DNA from: Chloroflexota bacterium
GTDB lineage: Bacteria > Chloroflexota > Limnocylindria > Limnocylindrales > CSP1-4
Reading direction: 5' to 3'
Assembly: GCA_031362295.1 (NCBI GenBank)
Contig: JANLSG010000125.1
Coordinates: 1 to 48,669 of the forward strand
DNA length: 48,669 nucleotides
In this document: positions 1 to 9,383 of the stretch, piece by piece
Layout of the letters: the number at the start of each line of letters is the position of its first letter
Numbering within the stretch: position 1 is the stretch's first letter
Translations under genes and position numbers: made by a program
Notes under the pieces: model-generated
Database searches by the model: none
The model's input: the letters and a program-made list of their open reading frames with translations, nothing else
Told to the model about the DNA's origin: nothing

Positions 1-1
1 C

Positions 2-1396
2 GGCCAGGCGTCGTCGGACAAGCTCCACAAGGACGCGCACCAGGTCGTCGACGTCGTGGACATGTTCAAGCCGGTGACCAAATGGAACGCCCGGATCGAA
101 CGGACCGGCGTCATCCCGGAGATCGCCCGGAAGGCCTTCCGCGTGGCGCAGCTGGAGAAACCCGGCCCAACCCACATCGAGCTGCCCGAGAACGTCGCGG
201 GCACCGTGCTGGTGCCTGGCGATCCGATCCGCCCGCTCGTCCCCGGCCGGGCGTACTTCCCGGAGCCCTCCCATCCCGCGATCGCCCACGCGGCTCGCCT
301 CATCAACGAGGCCCAGCGCCCGATCATCCTTGCCGGCAATGGCGTCCTGCGCCGTGATGCGTCCCGGGCACTGCGTGCATTCGCCAAGGGATTGCACGTG
401 CCGGTCGCGGCGACGTTCATGGGCAAGGGGTCCATCGACGACCGCTCCCACCTGTCGCTGATGGCCGTCGGGCTCCAGGCCCGCGACCACGTCATGACCG
501 GGTTCGACCGGGCGGACCTCGTCATCTCGGTCGGCTACGACCTGGTGGAGTACGCGCCGGCGCACTGGAACCCGGACGGGTCGAAGCGGATCATCCATAT
601 CGACACGCAGCCGGCGGAGGTCGACGGCGATTACCAGCCGGAGGTCGAGCTCATCGGCGACATCGACGGGGCCCTCGAGGAGTTGCTTGCGGCCACGCTC
701 CCCGGCGGTGTCGGCGGCCGAAGTGCGACCCAGCGACACGAGTCGCGCGAGACGCTGGTCCACGCGGACCTGCGCACCGCGCTTCTCGCGGACCTCCACG
801 TGGGCGAAACCGCCGGCGGCTTCCCGATCACGCCGCAGCGCGCCATCTTCGACCTGCGCCGGGCACTCGGGCCGGACGACATCGTGGTCAGCGACGTGGG
901 CGCGCACAAGATCTGGGTTGCGCGTCTGTACCAGGCGTACGAGCCGAACACGGTGATCATCTCCAACGGCTTCGCGTCGATGGGCATCGCGCTGCCCGGC
1001 GCGATCGCGGCCAAGCTTGTGCACCCGGATCGGAAGGTCGTCGCGCTGTGCGGCGACGGTGGCTTCCTGATGAATTCGCAGGAGCTGGAAACGGCCAAGC
1101 GGATCGGCGCGGGCATCGTCGTGGTGATCTGGCGCGACAACGGGTATGGCCTCATCGACTGGAAGCAGCGCAACGCGTTCGGGCGCCCGTTCGGCGTCGA
1201 ATTCGACAACCCGGACTTCGTGAAGTATGCGGAGTCGTTCGGGATCCCCGGCTTCCGGCCCGCGACCGCGGATGACCTGTACCCGACCCTGATGCGCGCC
1301 CTGGACCTGCCCGGCCCGTCTGTGATCGACGTGCCGATCGACTACGCCGAGAACGTAAGGCTCACCGAACGCCTGGGGGCGCTCGCCGGCCTGTAG
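2..1396 (+). CDS. Thiamine-diphosphate-dependent acetolactate synthase-like enzyme; 5' end cut by the window edge
   Basis: The frame stays open back to nt 2 (GQASSDKLHKDAHQVVDVVDMFKPVTKW). The central and C-terminal ThDP-binding domains are recognisable (GDGGFLMNSQELETA, RDNGYGLI). GC3 is high. Confidence 0.85.
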   Translation, partial: GQASSDKLHKDAHQVVDVVDMFKPVTKWNARIERTGVIPEIARKAFRVAQLEKPGPTHIELPENVAGTVLVPGDPIRPLVPGRAYFPEPSHPAIAHAARLINEAQRPIILAGNGVLRRDASRALRAFAKGLHVPVAATFMGKGSIDDRSHLSLMAVGLQARDHVMTGFDRADLVISVGYDLVEYAPAHWNPDGSKRIIHIDTQPAEVDGDYQPEVELIGDIDGALEELLAATLPGGVGGRSATQRHESRETLVHADLRTALLADLHVGETAGGFPITPQRAIFDLRRALGPDDIVVSDVGAHKIWVARLYQAYEPNTVIISNGFASMGIALPGAIAAKLVHPDRKVVALCGDGGFLMNSQELETAKRIGAGIVVVIWRDNGYGLIDWKQRNAFGRPFGVEFDNPDFVKYAESFGIPGFRPATADDLYPTLMRALDLPGPSVIDVPIDYAENVRLTERLGALAGL

Positions 1397-1411
1397 GCCG
1401 GTTGAGACCGG

Positions 1412-3859
1412 CTACTCGTCCACGCGGCGGCTCGCGCCCTTCAGGAAAATCATCGACCGACGCCGCACGGCGGCAAGCGCCCCGCTGCTCCCCGCGGAGG
1501 CCGGCAAGTCCCGTGGGTCCGGGATCGGATCCCAGCGAATCGGCTCTGCGCGTCGATCGGAGAGGTCTGCCGTCACCGGGATCGCGATGTCGTCGCGCTG
1601 CTCCAGTGCCGCGATGTCCACCCATGGCAGGTCGCGATCCGGCCCCGGGCGCCCGAGCAGGTAGCCCTGGCCCGCAGTGATCCCGAGGCGGCGCGCCGTC
1701 CGGAGCTGGCCGGACGTCTCCACGCCCTCCGCGATCGTGGTGGCGCCAAGCCGGTCGGCCATCTCGACGATGGAGCGGAGCACCGAGTGCGTCTTGTCCT
1801 CGCCCGCGCGCTGGACGAGCGACAGGTCGATCTTGACGATGTCGAACCGGAACTGGCTGAGCAGGCGCAGCCCCGCGTTGCCGGCACCGACATCATCCGC
1901 AGCGACGCGCACGCCGGCGTTCTGCACGCCGAGGAGTGCCATCCGGAGTCGCTCGGGATCGCGGATGGTCTCCCGCTCCGTCAGCTCGAGGATCACCCGG
2001 CCCGGGGTCATCCCGTGCCGCCGCAGGATGGACAGGAACGCCGTGAAGCTGAACTCCGCCGACTCGAGGGTCCGCGGCGAGACATTCACGCTGAGCGTCA
2101 CGCTGTCGTCGAGGTCGCGGGCGCCTCGAAGGACGACGTCGAGCGCGGCCCTGTCCAGGTCGTGGACGCGGCCTGCCACTTCGGCGGCATCGAACAGCGC
2201 GCCGGCGTGCGCGAACGTCGACTGCTTGGGCACGCGGACGAGGCCCTCGTAGCCGATGACCCGCCCCGTGTTGAGATCGACGATGGGCTGGTACACCGGC
2301 GTGAGTGAGCCGGCCTCGATCACGGCGGTGATCGCGCTGGACAGTTCGGCTCGCATGCCCTCGTCGACATGGCCGTGATCCTTCTCCGGGTCGTAGATCG
2401 TGACGACCGTCCGGCCGGCCCGCTTGCCGCGATACAGCGCGGCGTCGGCCTGGGCCGTGATTTCCAGGCGGGTCGTCCCGAACTCCGGGCAGGACGTCAC
2501 GCCGGCGGAGAACGAGATCGGGGCCCGGTACTCGCCGTGGACGCGGTCCTCGAGGCCGCGGGCAAGCAGGCGGCGGGTCAGCACGATGGCGCCGCCCACG
2601 TCCGTGTGCGGCAGGAGCATCGCGAACTCATCGCCGCCCACCCGGAACGCGGCGTCGGTGTGGCGGATGGTCAAGCCGATGAGCGAGCCAACCTCGGCCA
2701 GCAGCTGGTCGCCGACCGCGTGGCCGCGGGTGTCGTTGATCCGCTTGAACTCGTCGATATCGATGAGCACGAGGGAGAACGAGGTCCCGTAACGGCGGGC
2801 ACCCTCCACCATCCGCGCGACGGCCTCCTGGAACGCCCGGTGGTTACCGAGCCCGGTGAGGCTGTCGCGGAGGGCTGCCTCGCGCGCGCTCTCGTACAGC
2901 TCTCGGAGGCGTGACCGCGAGGCCTCCAGGTTGGTCGCCGGGCGGAGGATCTGGCGGGCCATCCAGACGGTGAACACGACCAGGAGCAGGAGCATCGCCG
3001 CCAGCGCACCGAGGGCCTGGACCGGCAGCGCCACGAGCGGAATCGGCGCGGAGACCACGATCTGCCAGCCCTCGATGCCCGGCAGCTCGATGGTCGCCCG
3101 GCCGTCGGAATCGTGGGTGGCCATGGTCGCCAGGTCGAAGACCTCACCGGGGAGCGCGCTCGGATCGAATGGCCCCTCGGATTGCGCAAGGACGGCGCCC
3201 GTGGGATCGGTGATCCGCAGGACGCGGCCGGGCATCTCGAGGTCGGGCGTCGTGGCGGACAGGAGCACGGGCACGGAGACGGCGGTCACGATGGTCCGGG
3301 CTGGCTTGGCGCCGGCCTTGCTCGTCTCGACGACGAGCAGCTGCGTGCCCTGCGCGCCTCGTACGGAGACGAGTCCGGTCACGATCAGCTCCGGCGGCAG
3401 TGCCTTCAGGTCGAGGGGCGGCCCGAAGCCCGCCACCGAGCCGTCGGCGGTGAGCAGCGTCACGCCGGTGACGGGTCCGCCGGCCGGCGCTTCCTTGGTC
3501 CCGGCCATGGCCTCCTCGAGCCGTTCCGACGCGGCGTCGCGGGCACCCAGGCCGGCACCGTGCGCCGCCGCGGCGACGATCGCCGGGTCGTCGAGCAGCT
3601 CCTGCCCTTCTGCCTGGATGCGATCGATCTCGCGCTGGAGCTCGACGACGGCGGTGGAGGCCTGGTCGGCGAGGCGCTCGTGATGGGCGACGCGCGCTTC
3701 CTCGGCGACTGCGCGGACCAGCGGCGAGACGGCGGCGATCGGCAGGACGGCGACCGCGATGAGCGTCAGGGCAAGCCGAAGCTTGACAAGCCGGAGGCTG
3801 TCACGGCCGTCGAGAATCGGGTCGCGCGAGGCATCGTGATGCTGCGACTCGGGGTGCAT
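1412..3859 (-). CDS. Membrane sensor diguanylate cyclase/phosphodiesterase (GGDEF + EAL domains)
   Basis: Two TM segments flank a roughly 270-aa extracytoplasmic region. This is followed by GGDEF (RVGGDEFAML) and EAL-type motifs (YEGLVR, DDVGAG, KIDLSLV, EGVET, GQGYLLGRP). The start is set at ATG 3859 (MHPESQ, GAGG upstream); ATG 3913 is an alternative. Confidence 0.88.
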   Translation of the reverse strand: MHPESQHHDASRDPILDGRDSLRLVKLRLALTLIAVAVLPIAAVSPLVRAVAEEARVAHHERLADQASTAVVELQREIDRIQAEGQELLDDPAIVAAAAHGAGLGARDAASERLEEAMAGTKEAPAGGPVTGVTLLTADGSVAGFGPPLDLKALPPELIVTGLVSVRGAQGTQLLVVETSKAGAKPARTIVTAVSVPVLLSATTPDLEMPGRVLRITDPTGAVLAQSEGPFDPSALPGEVFDLATMATHDSDGRATIELPGIEGWQIVVSAPIPLVALPVQALGALAAMLLLLVVFTVWMARQILRPATNLEASRSRLRELYESAREAALRDSLTGLGNHRAFQEAVARMVEGARRYGTSFSLVLIDIDEFKRINDTRGHAVGDQLLAEVGSLIGLTIRHTDAAFRVGGDEFAMLLPHTDVGGAIVLTRRLLARGLEDRVHGEYRAPISFSAGVTSCPEFGTTRLEITAQADAALYRGKRAGRTVVTIYDPEKDHGHVDEGMRAELSSAITAVIEAGSLTPVYQPIVDLNTGRVIGYEGLVRVPKQSTFAHAGALFDAAEVAGRVHDLDRAALDVVLRGARDLDDSVTLSVNVSPRTLESAEFSFTAFLSILRRHGMTPGRVILELTERETIRDPERLRMALLGVQNAGVRVAADDVGAGNAGLRLLSQFRFDIVKIDLSLVQRAGEDKTHSVLRSIVEMADRLGATTIAEGVETSGQLRTARRLGITAGQGYLLGRPGPDRDLPWVDIAALEQRDDIAIPVTADLSDRRAEPIRWDPIPDPRDLPASAGSSGALAAVRRRSMIFLKGASRRVDE

Positions 3860-3986
3860 TCGACCTCTGAGCGTGGTGGTGGTGCCATCAGGCCCCAGCC
3901 GCTCGCCGGCCACACCTACCCGTTCGTCCCGCGCCCACCCGGACGCTCGGGTCAGCCGTTCAGCGGCCGATCGTCTGTCCGGCGGG

Positions 3987-4862
3987 ATGTCGTGGACGTG
4001 CGGGGTGCGCGGCTACACTCGGCACGTGCCCGCGGAGCGGATCGGCGAGAGCCTGGCGTTCATCAACTGGACCGTCCTGACCGCCCTCGGCGTCGGGGCG
4101 TTCGCGGCCGTCGTGGCGGGCCGGTTCCGCACCGAGGCGACTCGTGGCTACCTCGGCTTCACGGCCTTCAGCGCCGCCGCCTTCGCCCTCCTCGCGTTCC
4201 TCGCGGACGGCGGACTGCCCGCCCTGTCGCGGGACCTCGGCGTGCAGACAGACCCTGCGTGGGAGACCCCACGCCGCCTCGCGATGGTGGCGTTGCCGAT
4301 CCTCGCCGCTCTCTATGGCGTGGCCGTCTGGCGCGGCCGTCGTGCGCTGCCCATTGCGCTCGCCGGGCTGGCTGCCGCCGCGCTCGTTCTCGTCGCCGGC
4401 GCCCTGTCATGGGGCGGCGGCGGCCTCGGCAGCCTGCTCCTCGTCGTCGAGTTGGCGACGCTGTCCGCGGCACTCGGCGGCGTGTGGGCCGCGATGATCC
4501 TGGGCCACTGGTACCTCGTCACGCCGAAGCTCCCAGAGGCGCCGCTGATCACGTTCTCCCGCTGGCTCGGCCTGGCCCTCGCGGTCCAGCTCGTCCTCTT
4601 CGTCATCTGGCTCGGCTTCGGGGCAGGACCGGCGGGAACGCCGGGGTTCGCGGGGCTCGTGGGACCATGGGCCCTGTTCGTCTGGTTGCGCCTCATCGTC
4701 GGACTGGTCTTTCCGCTCGTCGTCAGCTGGGCAGCGGTGCAGACCGCGCGCTCCCGCTCGATGGAATCGGCGACCGGGCTCCTGTACATCAACGTCGGCA
4801 CCATCGCCGCCGGCACGATCCTGGCCGCCGGGCTGTACTTCGGCGTCGGGCTCCTCGTCTGA
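3987..4862 (+). CDS. Polytopic integral membrane protein, family not recognised
   Basis: About 8 hydrophobic helices and high GC3. It is followed closely by the methyltransferase gene. The start is uncertain (ATG 3987 or GTG 4026). Confidence 0.6.
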   Translation: MSWTCGVRGYTRHVPAERIGESLAFINWTVLTALGVGAFAAVVAGRFRTEATRGYLGFTAFSAAAFALLAFLADGGLPALSRDLGVQTDPAWETPRRLAMVALPILAALYGVAVWRGRRALPIALAGLAAAALVLVAGALSWGGGGLGSLLLVVELATLSAALGGVWAAMILGHWYLVTPKLPEAPLITFSRWLGLALAVQLVLFVIWLGFGAGPAGTPGFAGLVGPWALFVWLRLIVGLVFPLVVSWAAVQTARSRSMESATGLLYINVGTIAAGTILAAGLYFGVGLLV

Positions 4863-4883
4863 GCCCGGAGAGGAGACACGCGC

Positions 4884-5549
4884 ATGGTCCGCTCGGATCG
4901 AACCTGGTCGCCCACCCAGACGGACCTCGACTGGATCGAGTCGACCGGGCGACCGCTGCACCCCGTGCTCGTCGAGATGGAATCGGTCGCGGAGCCGGAG
5001 GGCGTTCCGATCCTCAGCCGCGACAGCGGCCGGATGCTGGCCGTCCTCGCCGCTGATCGGCGCCGCGTCATCGAGGTTGGGACCGCGATCGGCTACTCGA
5101 CGCTGTGGATGGCGCTCGCACTGCCGCCAGATGGGACGGTCGTGACCATCGATCCGGATCGTGAGCGAACGGACCGGGCGCGCGGCTTCTGGCGACGCGC
5201 CGGCCTGCCAGACAGCCGGATCAGCGTGGTCAACGCGCCCGCGCTCGAGGCCTTCGCGGGGCCATCGAAGGACCTTCGCGGGCCATTCGACATGGTCTTC
5301 ATCGACGCGCTCAAGGACGAGTACCTGGCGTACCTCGCGGCACTCATGGATCGCCTCATTCCGGGCGCCGTCGTCGTCGCCGACAACGTCCTGTGGAGCG
5401 GGCGAACGTCCGGAGCGCGGCCGTCGCGCCCGGGCGACGGCAGCGACGCGCTGCGCGAGTTCTGTGCCCGCGTCTCCGCCGACCCGGCCTTCGAGACGGC
5501 GATCCTGCCCATCGGGGATGGGTTGCTCGTGGCCACCCTCCGTCCGTGA
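4884..5549 (+). CDS. Class I SAM-dependent O-methyltransferase (caffeoyl-CoA O-methyltransferase-like, family 3)
   Basis: SAM-binding IEVGTAIGYSTLWMA and the FDMVFIDALKDEY motif are present. GGAGAGGAGA lies upstream of the ATG. Confidence 0.85.
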   Translation: MVRSDRTWSPTQTDLDWIESTGRPLHPVLVEMESVAEPEGVPILSRDSGRMLAVLAADRRRVIEVGTAIGYSTLWMALALPPDGTVVTIDPDRERTDRARGFWRRAGLPDSRISVVNAPALEAFAGPSKDLRGPFDMVFIDALKDEYLAYLAALMDRLIPGAVVVADNVLWSGRTSGARPSRPGDGSDALREFCARVSADPAFETAILPIGDGLLVATLRP

Positions 5550-6334
5550 GCGACACCGGCGAGCGCATCCGCATCCGTGTTCGCCTGTTCGCGATGCAGC
5601 GTGAGCTCGCGGGCACCCGCCAGCTCGAGCTTGACCTGGCGGACGGCGCGACCATCGAGGACGCCTGGTTGGCCCTCGTGGAGGGAGTTCCGGCACTCGC
5701 GCCAGGTCGTGCCTCCGTGCGCTTTGCTCACAACGGGGGCTATGCGCCGCCCGAGACGCGCCTCACCGATGGCGACGAGGTGGCGATGATCCCGCCAGTG
5801 AGTGGTGGAGCCGCGGTCGATGCCCCAGGCAAGGTCCCCGACGGTCGGATCCTGGAGATCCGCGAGGCGCCACTCGGGCCGGACATCCTCGTCGAGCTGC
5901 GTGGGCGCCTCGCGAGCCTTGACGACGGCGCGGTGGTCGGCTTCCTCGGCGTCACGCGCCGGTCACCTGGCACCCCCGCGCCAGGCCAGGAGGACGAGGC
6001 CGCCCGCCACGCGGGCCGCAGCGTGGAGTCACTCGATTACGAAGCACTCCCCGAAATGGCGCTGCGGGTCATGGCGGAGATCGCCGACGAGATCGCGACG
6101 CGCTTCGGCGTAACCCGCATCGCGATCGTGCATCGCAGCGGCGAGGTGCCGCTCGGCGAGGCCTCCGTGGCGATCGTCGCCTGCGCACCGCACCGTGACG
6201 CCGCGTTCGATGCCGCCCGTTACGCAATCGACGAGACGAAAGCGCGCGCCCCCATCTGGAAGGCTGAGCGGTTCGCCGACGGTCACGTGTGGATTGGGGC
6301 GCCGGCGCGCGAACGCCCCACCCGAGGGGGCTAG
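5546..6334 (+). CDS. Fused molybdopterin synthase, MoaD (small subunit) - MoaE (large subunit), MoaX-like
   Basis: The GTG start overlaps the upstream stop (GTGA). Residues 1-88 form a ThiS/MoaD fold ending in PPVSGG (GG codons at 5804-5809). A linker follows, then MoaE (FLGVTR, AIVHRSGEVPLGEASV, PIWKAE). Confidence 0.85.
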   Translation: MSDTGERIRIRVRLFAMQRELAGTRQLELDLADGATIEDAWLALVEGVPALAPGRASVRFAHNGGYAPPETRLTDGDEVAMIPPVSGGAAVDAPGKVPDGRILEIREAPLGPDILVELRGRLASLDDGAVVGFLGVTRRSPGTPAPGQEDEAARHAGRSVESLDYEALPEMALRVMAEIADEIATRFGVTRIAIVHRSGEVPLGEASVAIVACAPHRDAAFDAARYAIDETKARAPIWKAERFADGHVWIGAPARERPTRGG

Positions 6335-7086
6335 CCGATAAGCGCGGGAACCTCGCGCTCGGGGACGTCGGCGGCCGGCTCCTGCCGGGGCTTTGCCGCC
6401 TCGACATCGAGCAGGTAGCCGATGCCCTGGAAGGTGCGGATGCGGCCGGGCTCACCCGGCAGGGCGCCGAGCTTGCGTCGGACGCGGCTGACCCAGACGC
6501 GGAGGTACTGGAGGTCGTCGCGGTACTCCGGGCCCCAGACCTTGGTCAGGAGCTCCGTGTGGAGCACGACGCGCCCGGCGTTCGCGGCCAGGTGCTGGAG
6601 CAACAGCCACTCGGTGCGCGACAGCTGCACGAGCTCGCCGCCCCGGGTGACCATCCGCCGTTCGAGGTCGATCTCGACATCGTCGAAGCGGAGGACGCCG
6701 GCGCCGGGCTCGGTCCCGCCCGATCGGCGGATGACGGCCCGCACGCGCGCCGCGAGCTCGTCCGGGTGGAAGGGCTTGGCGATGTAGTCGTCGGCGCCGA
6801 GGTCCAGGCCCTTGGCCTTGTCCGCGGTCGAGCCTTTGGCGGTCAGCAGGATCACCGGCACGGGCCGGCGCTCGCGAAGCTGGCGCATGACCTCGATGCC
6901 GTCCAGGTCCGGCATCACGATATCCAGGAGGACGATGTCCGGACGGACCTCCTCCGCCTTCTGGAGCGCCTGCTCACCGCTGTTGGCGGTGACGACGCGG
7001 AAGCCCTCTTCCGAAAGCGCGATGGCGACGAGCTTGGTGATTCGGGGCTCGTCATCAGCGACGAGAACGAGTGGTTGCGTGGACAA
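6331..7086 (-). CDS. OmpR/PhoB-family response regulator (canonical receiver + winged helix), orphan
   Basis: Motifs are LVLVADDE, VLLDIVMPDLDG, ILLTAKG, GADDYIAKPF and GIGYLL. A TTG start at 7086 is preceded by AAGGGAGG with a 5-nt spacer. No histidine kinase is adjacent. Confidence 0.9.
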   Translation of the reverse strand: MSTQPLVLVADDEPRITKLVAIALSEEGFRVVTANSGEQALQKAEEVRPDIVLLDIVMPDLDGIEVMRQLRERRPVPVILLTAKGSTADKAKGLDLGADDYIAKPFHPDELAARVRAVIRRSGGTEPGAGVLRFDDVEIDLERRMVTRGGELVQLSRTEWLLLQHLAANAGRVVLHTELLTKVWGPEYRDDLQYLRVWVSRVRRKLGALPGEPGRIRTFQGIGYLLDVEAAKPRQEPAADVPEREVPALIG

Positions 7087-7170
7087 GGGGGACCTCCCTT
7101 GGAAGTGTCGAGGTTGTTGCCGGGATCTCCCTGATTGTCCCGATCGAGGCGTGGCGCCCGTGGCGCGGGA

Positions 7171-7199
7171 CATTGCAGAAGCGTTACATCCGCATTACA
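7171..7199. promoter_or_regulatory. Three direct repeats C(A/G)TT(G/A)CA at exact 11-bp phasing in a divergent promoter region
   Basis: CATTGCA (7171), CGTTACA (7182) and CATTACA (7193) sit in a locally AT-richer patch. They lie between the response-regulator start (7086, minus) and the GT4 start (7283, plus). Confidence 0.3.
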
Positions 7200-7282
7200 G
7201 CGTATGCCTCCGACACGCAACTGCGATGTTCCAGGGGATCGCGCTGGGGGGCCTGAGAGCGGATCGGGCGTACCGTGATCGC

Positions 7283-8353
7283 ATGACGCCGCCCTTGCGC
7301 ATCGCCCAGGTTGCGCCGCCGTTCGAACGCGTCCCGCCTGAGGCCTACGGCGGGACGGAGCGCATCGTCCACGAGCTGACCACCGAGCTGGTCCGTCGCG
7401 GGCACGAGGTGACGGTCTTTGCCAGTGGCGACTCGGATGTCCCGTGCCGGCTCATCCCGACCGTGGAGACGGCCCTCCGCCCGGCCGGTATCGAGGGTGA
7501 TTCCGACCCCTGGTTCACCGCGACGATCGATGCCGTAACCGAGCACCAGGCGGAGTTCGACGTCATCCATTCGCACCTGGAGAAATGGTCGATGCCGCTC
7601 GCGCGGGCAACGAGCGTCCCCGTGGTCTCGACCTTCCACGGACGGCTGGACCTGCCCTGGACCACGGAAGCGTTCGCGGGCGCGCGCGAGGGCATGGTTG
7701 CCATCAGCAGCCACCAGGCGCGATCCCACCCGGACGTTCCCTGGACGATCATCCACAACGGGCTGTCGCTGGAGAGCGCGCCGTTCGTCCAGCAGCCCGG
7801 CGATGCCTTCTGTTTCGTGGGCCGGGTGGACCCGGAGAAGGGCATCGTGGAGGCAATGGACATCGCGCTCCGAACGGGCCGACGACTCCGGATCGCTGCG
7901 AAGGTCGGCAACATGGAGCGGCAGCAGTCGTACTTCGAGAACGTGTTCCGGCCCGCGCTCGCGAAGGCCGGATCAGCGGTGGAGTACCTGGGCGAGCTGA
8001 TGCCCCACGATCGTGACCAGCTGTTCGCGGAAAGCGTGGCAACCCTGATGCCCGGTGCCTGGCCGGAGCCATTCGGGCTCGTCAGCATCGAGTCGCTCGC
8101 CTGCGGCACGCCGGTCCTCGCCCGAAGGGTGGGCGGCCTGCCGGAGATCATCCGCGAGGGGATCGACGGCTTCTTCGGCGACGACGTCACCGCGCTGGCG
8201 TTCTATGCAGAACGGATCGGCTCCCTGGATCGGACAGCGATTCGCGCGCGCGTGATCGAGACGTTCTCGGCTGCCCGGATGGCCGACCGCTACGAGGATC
8301 TCTACGCCCGAATGGCTGATCCCGCCCGAGATCGTGTCGCGGCCATCGCGTAG
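7283..8353 (+). CDS. Glycosyltransferase family 4 (GT-B fold)
   Basis: The N-terminus MTPPLRIAQVAPPFERVPPEAYGGTERIVHEL is typical, and the C-terminal EPFGLVSIESLACGTPV motif is present. The upstream part of the 513-aa ORF is judged non-coding. Confidence 0.85.
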   Translation: MTPPLRIAQVAPPFERVPPEAYGGTERIVHELTTELVRRGHEVTVFASGDSDVPCRLIPTVETALRPAGIEGDSDPWFTATIDAVTEHQAEFDVIHSHLEKWSMPLARATSVPVVSTFHGRLDLPWTTEAFAGAREGMVAISSHQARSHPDVPWTIIHNGLSLESAPFVQQPGDAFCFVGRVDPEKGIVEAMDIALRTGRRLRIAAKVGNMERQQSYFENVFRPALAKAGSAVEYLGELMPHDRDQLFAESVATLMPGAWPEPFGLVSIESLACGTPVLARRVGGLPEIIREGIDGFFGDDVTALAFYAERIGSLDRTAIRARVIETFSAARMADRYEDLYARMADPARDRVAAIA

Positions 8354-8474
8354 CGACGCGAGCTCTGCCGGGCGGGCTCGCCCTCGCTGCCCTCGCCGAT
8401 AGCGTCACGGAACTGCAACCAACCACCCGACGGGACCGGCATCGCGGAGACGGGCGATCGGGACACTGAAGAGC

Positions 8475-9092
8475 ATGCCTGACGTGATTGCCGAGATCCT
8501 CGCCAACCCCCTCGTGGGCGCCGCCGCGACCGCGATCTTGATCGCTGGACTCGCGCTCTGGCTGGCCGCCGCGTGGTGGGCATACACCGACGCCTCCATG
8601 CGCACCAACGCCAGCCTTGCCGCGTACCTCGCGGCCGGCTGGATCCTCCTGTCGACCCCCTTGACGCTGCCCCTGTCACTTGCGATCTACCGGCTCGCCC
8701 GTCCCCAGCAGACGGCGGCCGACACACGCGCCCTGGGGCTGATCCGGGCACTCGCAGAATCCGCCGAGGCCCCGGCTTGCCCCACCTGCAGTGCGTCGAT
8801 CGACTCGAGCTGGCTGCGCTGTCCGGCCTGCGCGACGTGGCTCGCAGCGCCCTGCTCGTACTGCGGCGTCGCGTCCGCGCCGGACCTCGACGTCTGCCCG
8901 TATTGCGGCAGCGAGGCCGGGAAGACGGCACCCAAGGCGGCACCCACCGCGGTTCCCGCGCATGAAAGAGCCGCCGCGAGCGAACTGCCCGCGGCGGCCA
9001 TCGTGGCAATGCCTCAGCGCGGCCGCATGATCCCGTCGCTGCGGCCGGCCTCGTACGCCGCGTCACGCGAAAGCTCGTCGGCTTCCTTGTGA
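8475..9092 (+). CDS. Membrane protein with C-terminal double zinc-ribbon
   Basis: Two TM helices are followed by CPTCSASIDSSWLRCPAC ... CSYCGVASAPDLDVCPYCG. The low-complexity tail overlaps the convergent gene by 79 nt, so the true 3' end is uncertain. Confidence 0.55.
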   Translation: MPDVIAEILANPLVGAAATAILIAGLALWLAAAWWAYTDASMRTNASLAAYLAAGWILLSTPLTLPLSLAIYRLARPQQTAADTRALGLIRALAESAEAPACPTCSASIDSSWLRCPACATWLAAPCSYCGVASAPDLDVCPYCGSEAGKTAPKAAPTAVPAHERAAASELPAAAIVAMPQRGRMIPSLRPASYAASRESSSASL

Positions 9093-9241
9093 ACCGCGTC
9101 GCCCGCGTCCTTGACCGTATTGCCGAGCCGATCGCCGACGGTCGCGACCTTGTCGCCGAGCGACTCGTCGCCGTCCGCCTTGCGCAGGCCCTCCTTGACG
9201 TCCACCGCGACGTCCCGGGCCGTCTTCTGCAGGTCACTCAT
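9014..9241 (-). CDS. Small hydrophilic stress-type protein (CsbD/LEA-like, 75 aa)
   Basis: GGAGGA lies 6 nt upstream of ATG 9241. The sequence is charged and repetitive with a K/D/G-rich helical character (VKEGLRKADGDESLGDKVATVGDRLGNTVKDAGD). The family assignment is tentative. Confidence 0.5.
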   Translation of the reverse strand: MSDLQKTARDVAVDVKEGLRKADGDESLGDKVATVGDRLGNTVKDAGDAVHKEADELSRDAAYEAGRSDGIMRPR

Positions 9242-9383
9242 CGAATGTCCTCCGTGGTGCACGGCGTGCGCCGCGCTCAAAGCGACCCTACCCATCGACA
9301 GCTGCTCGATGCACCTTGGGAATTGCCCAGGGAGTTGCAGCCGAATCACAGCGGCATGACCGCATCAGCCAGGAGGTAACGCC

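Noticed and set aside
1397-1411. A short hairpin GCCGGT-TGAG-ACCGGC lies between the convergent acetolactate-synthase-like and GGDEF/EAL genes and could be a bidirectional terminator.
   Set aside because: The stem is only 6 bp, there is no U-tract on either side, and it is squeezed into a 15-nt gap. This is too weak to call.
6331-6334. A palindromic CTAG provides the stop codon for both convergent genes, MoaDE on the plus strand and the response regulator on the minus strand.
   Set aside because: The observation is real but trivial. Four-nt convergent overlaps on CTAG are common in compact genomes, and no regulatory meaning can be inferred.
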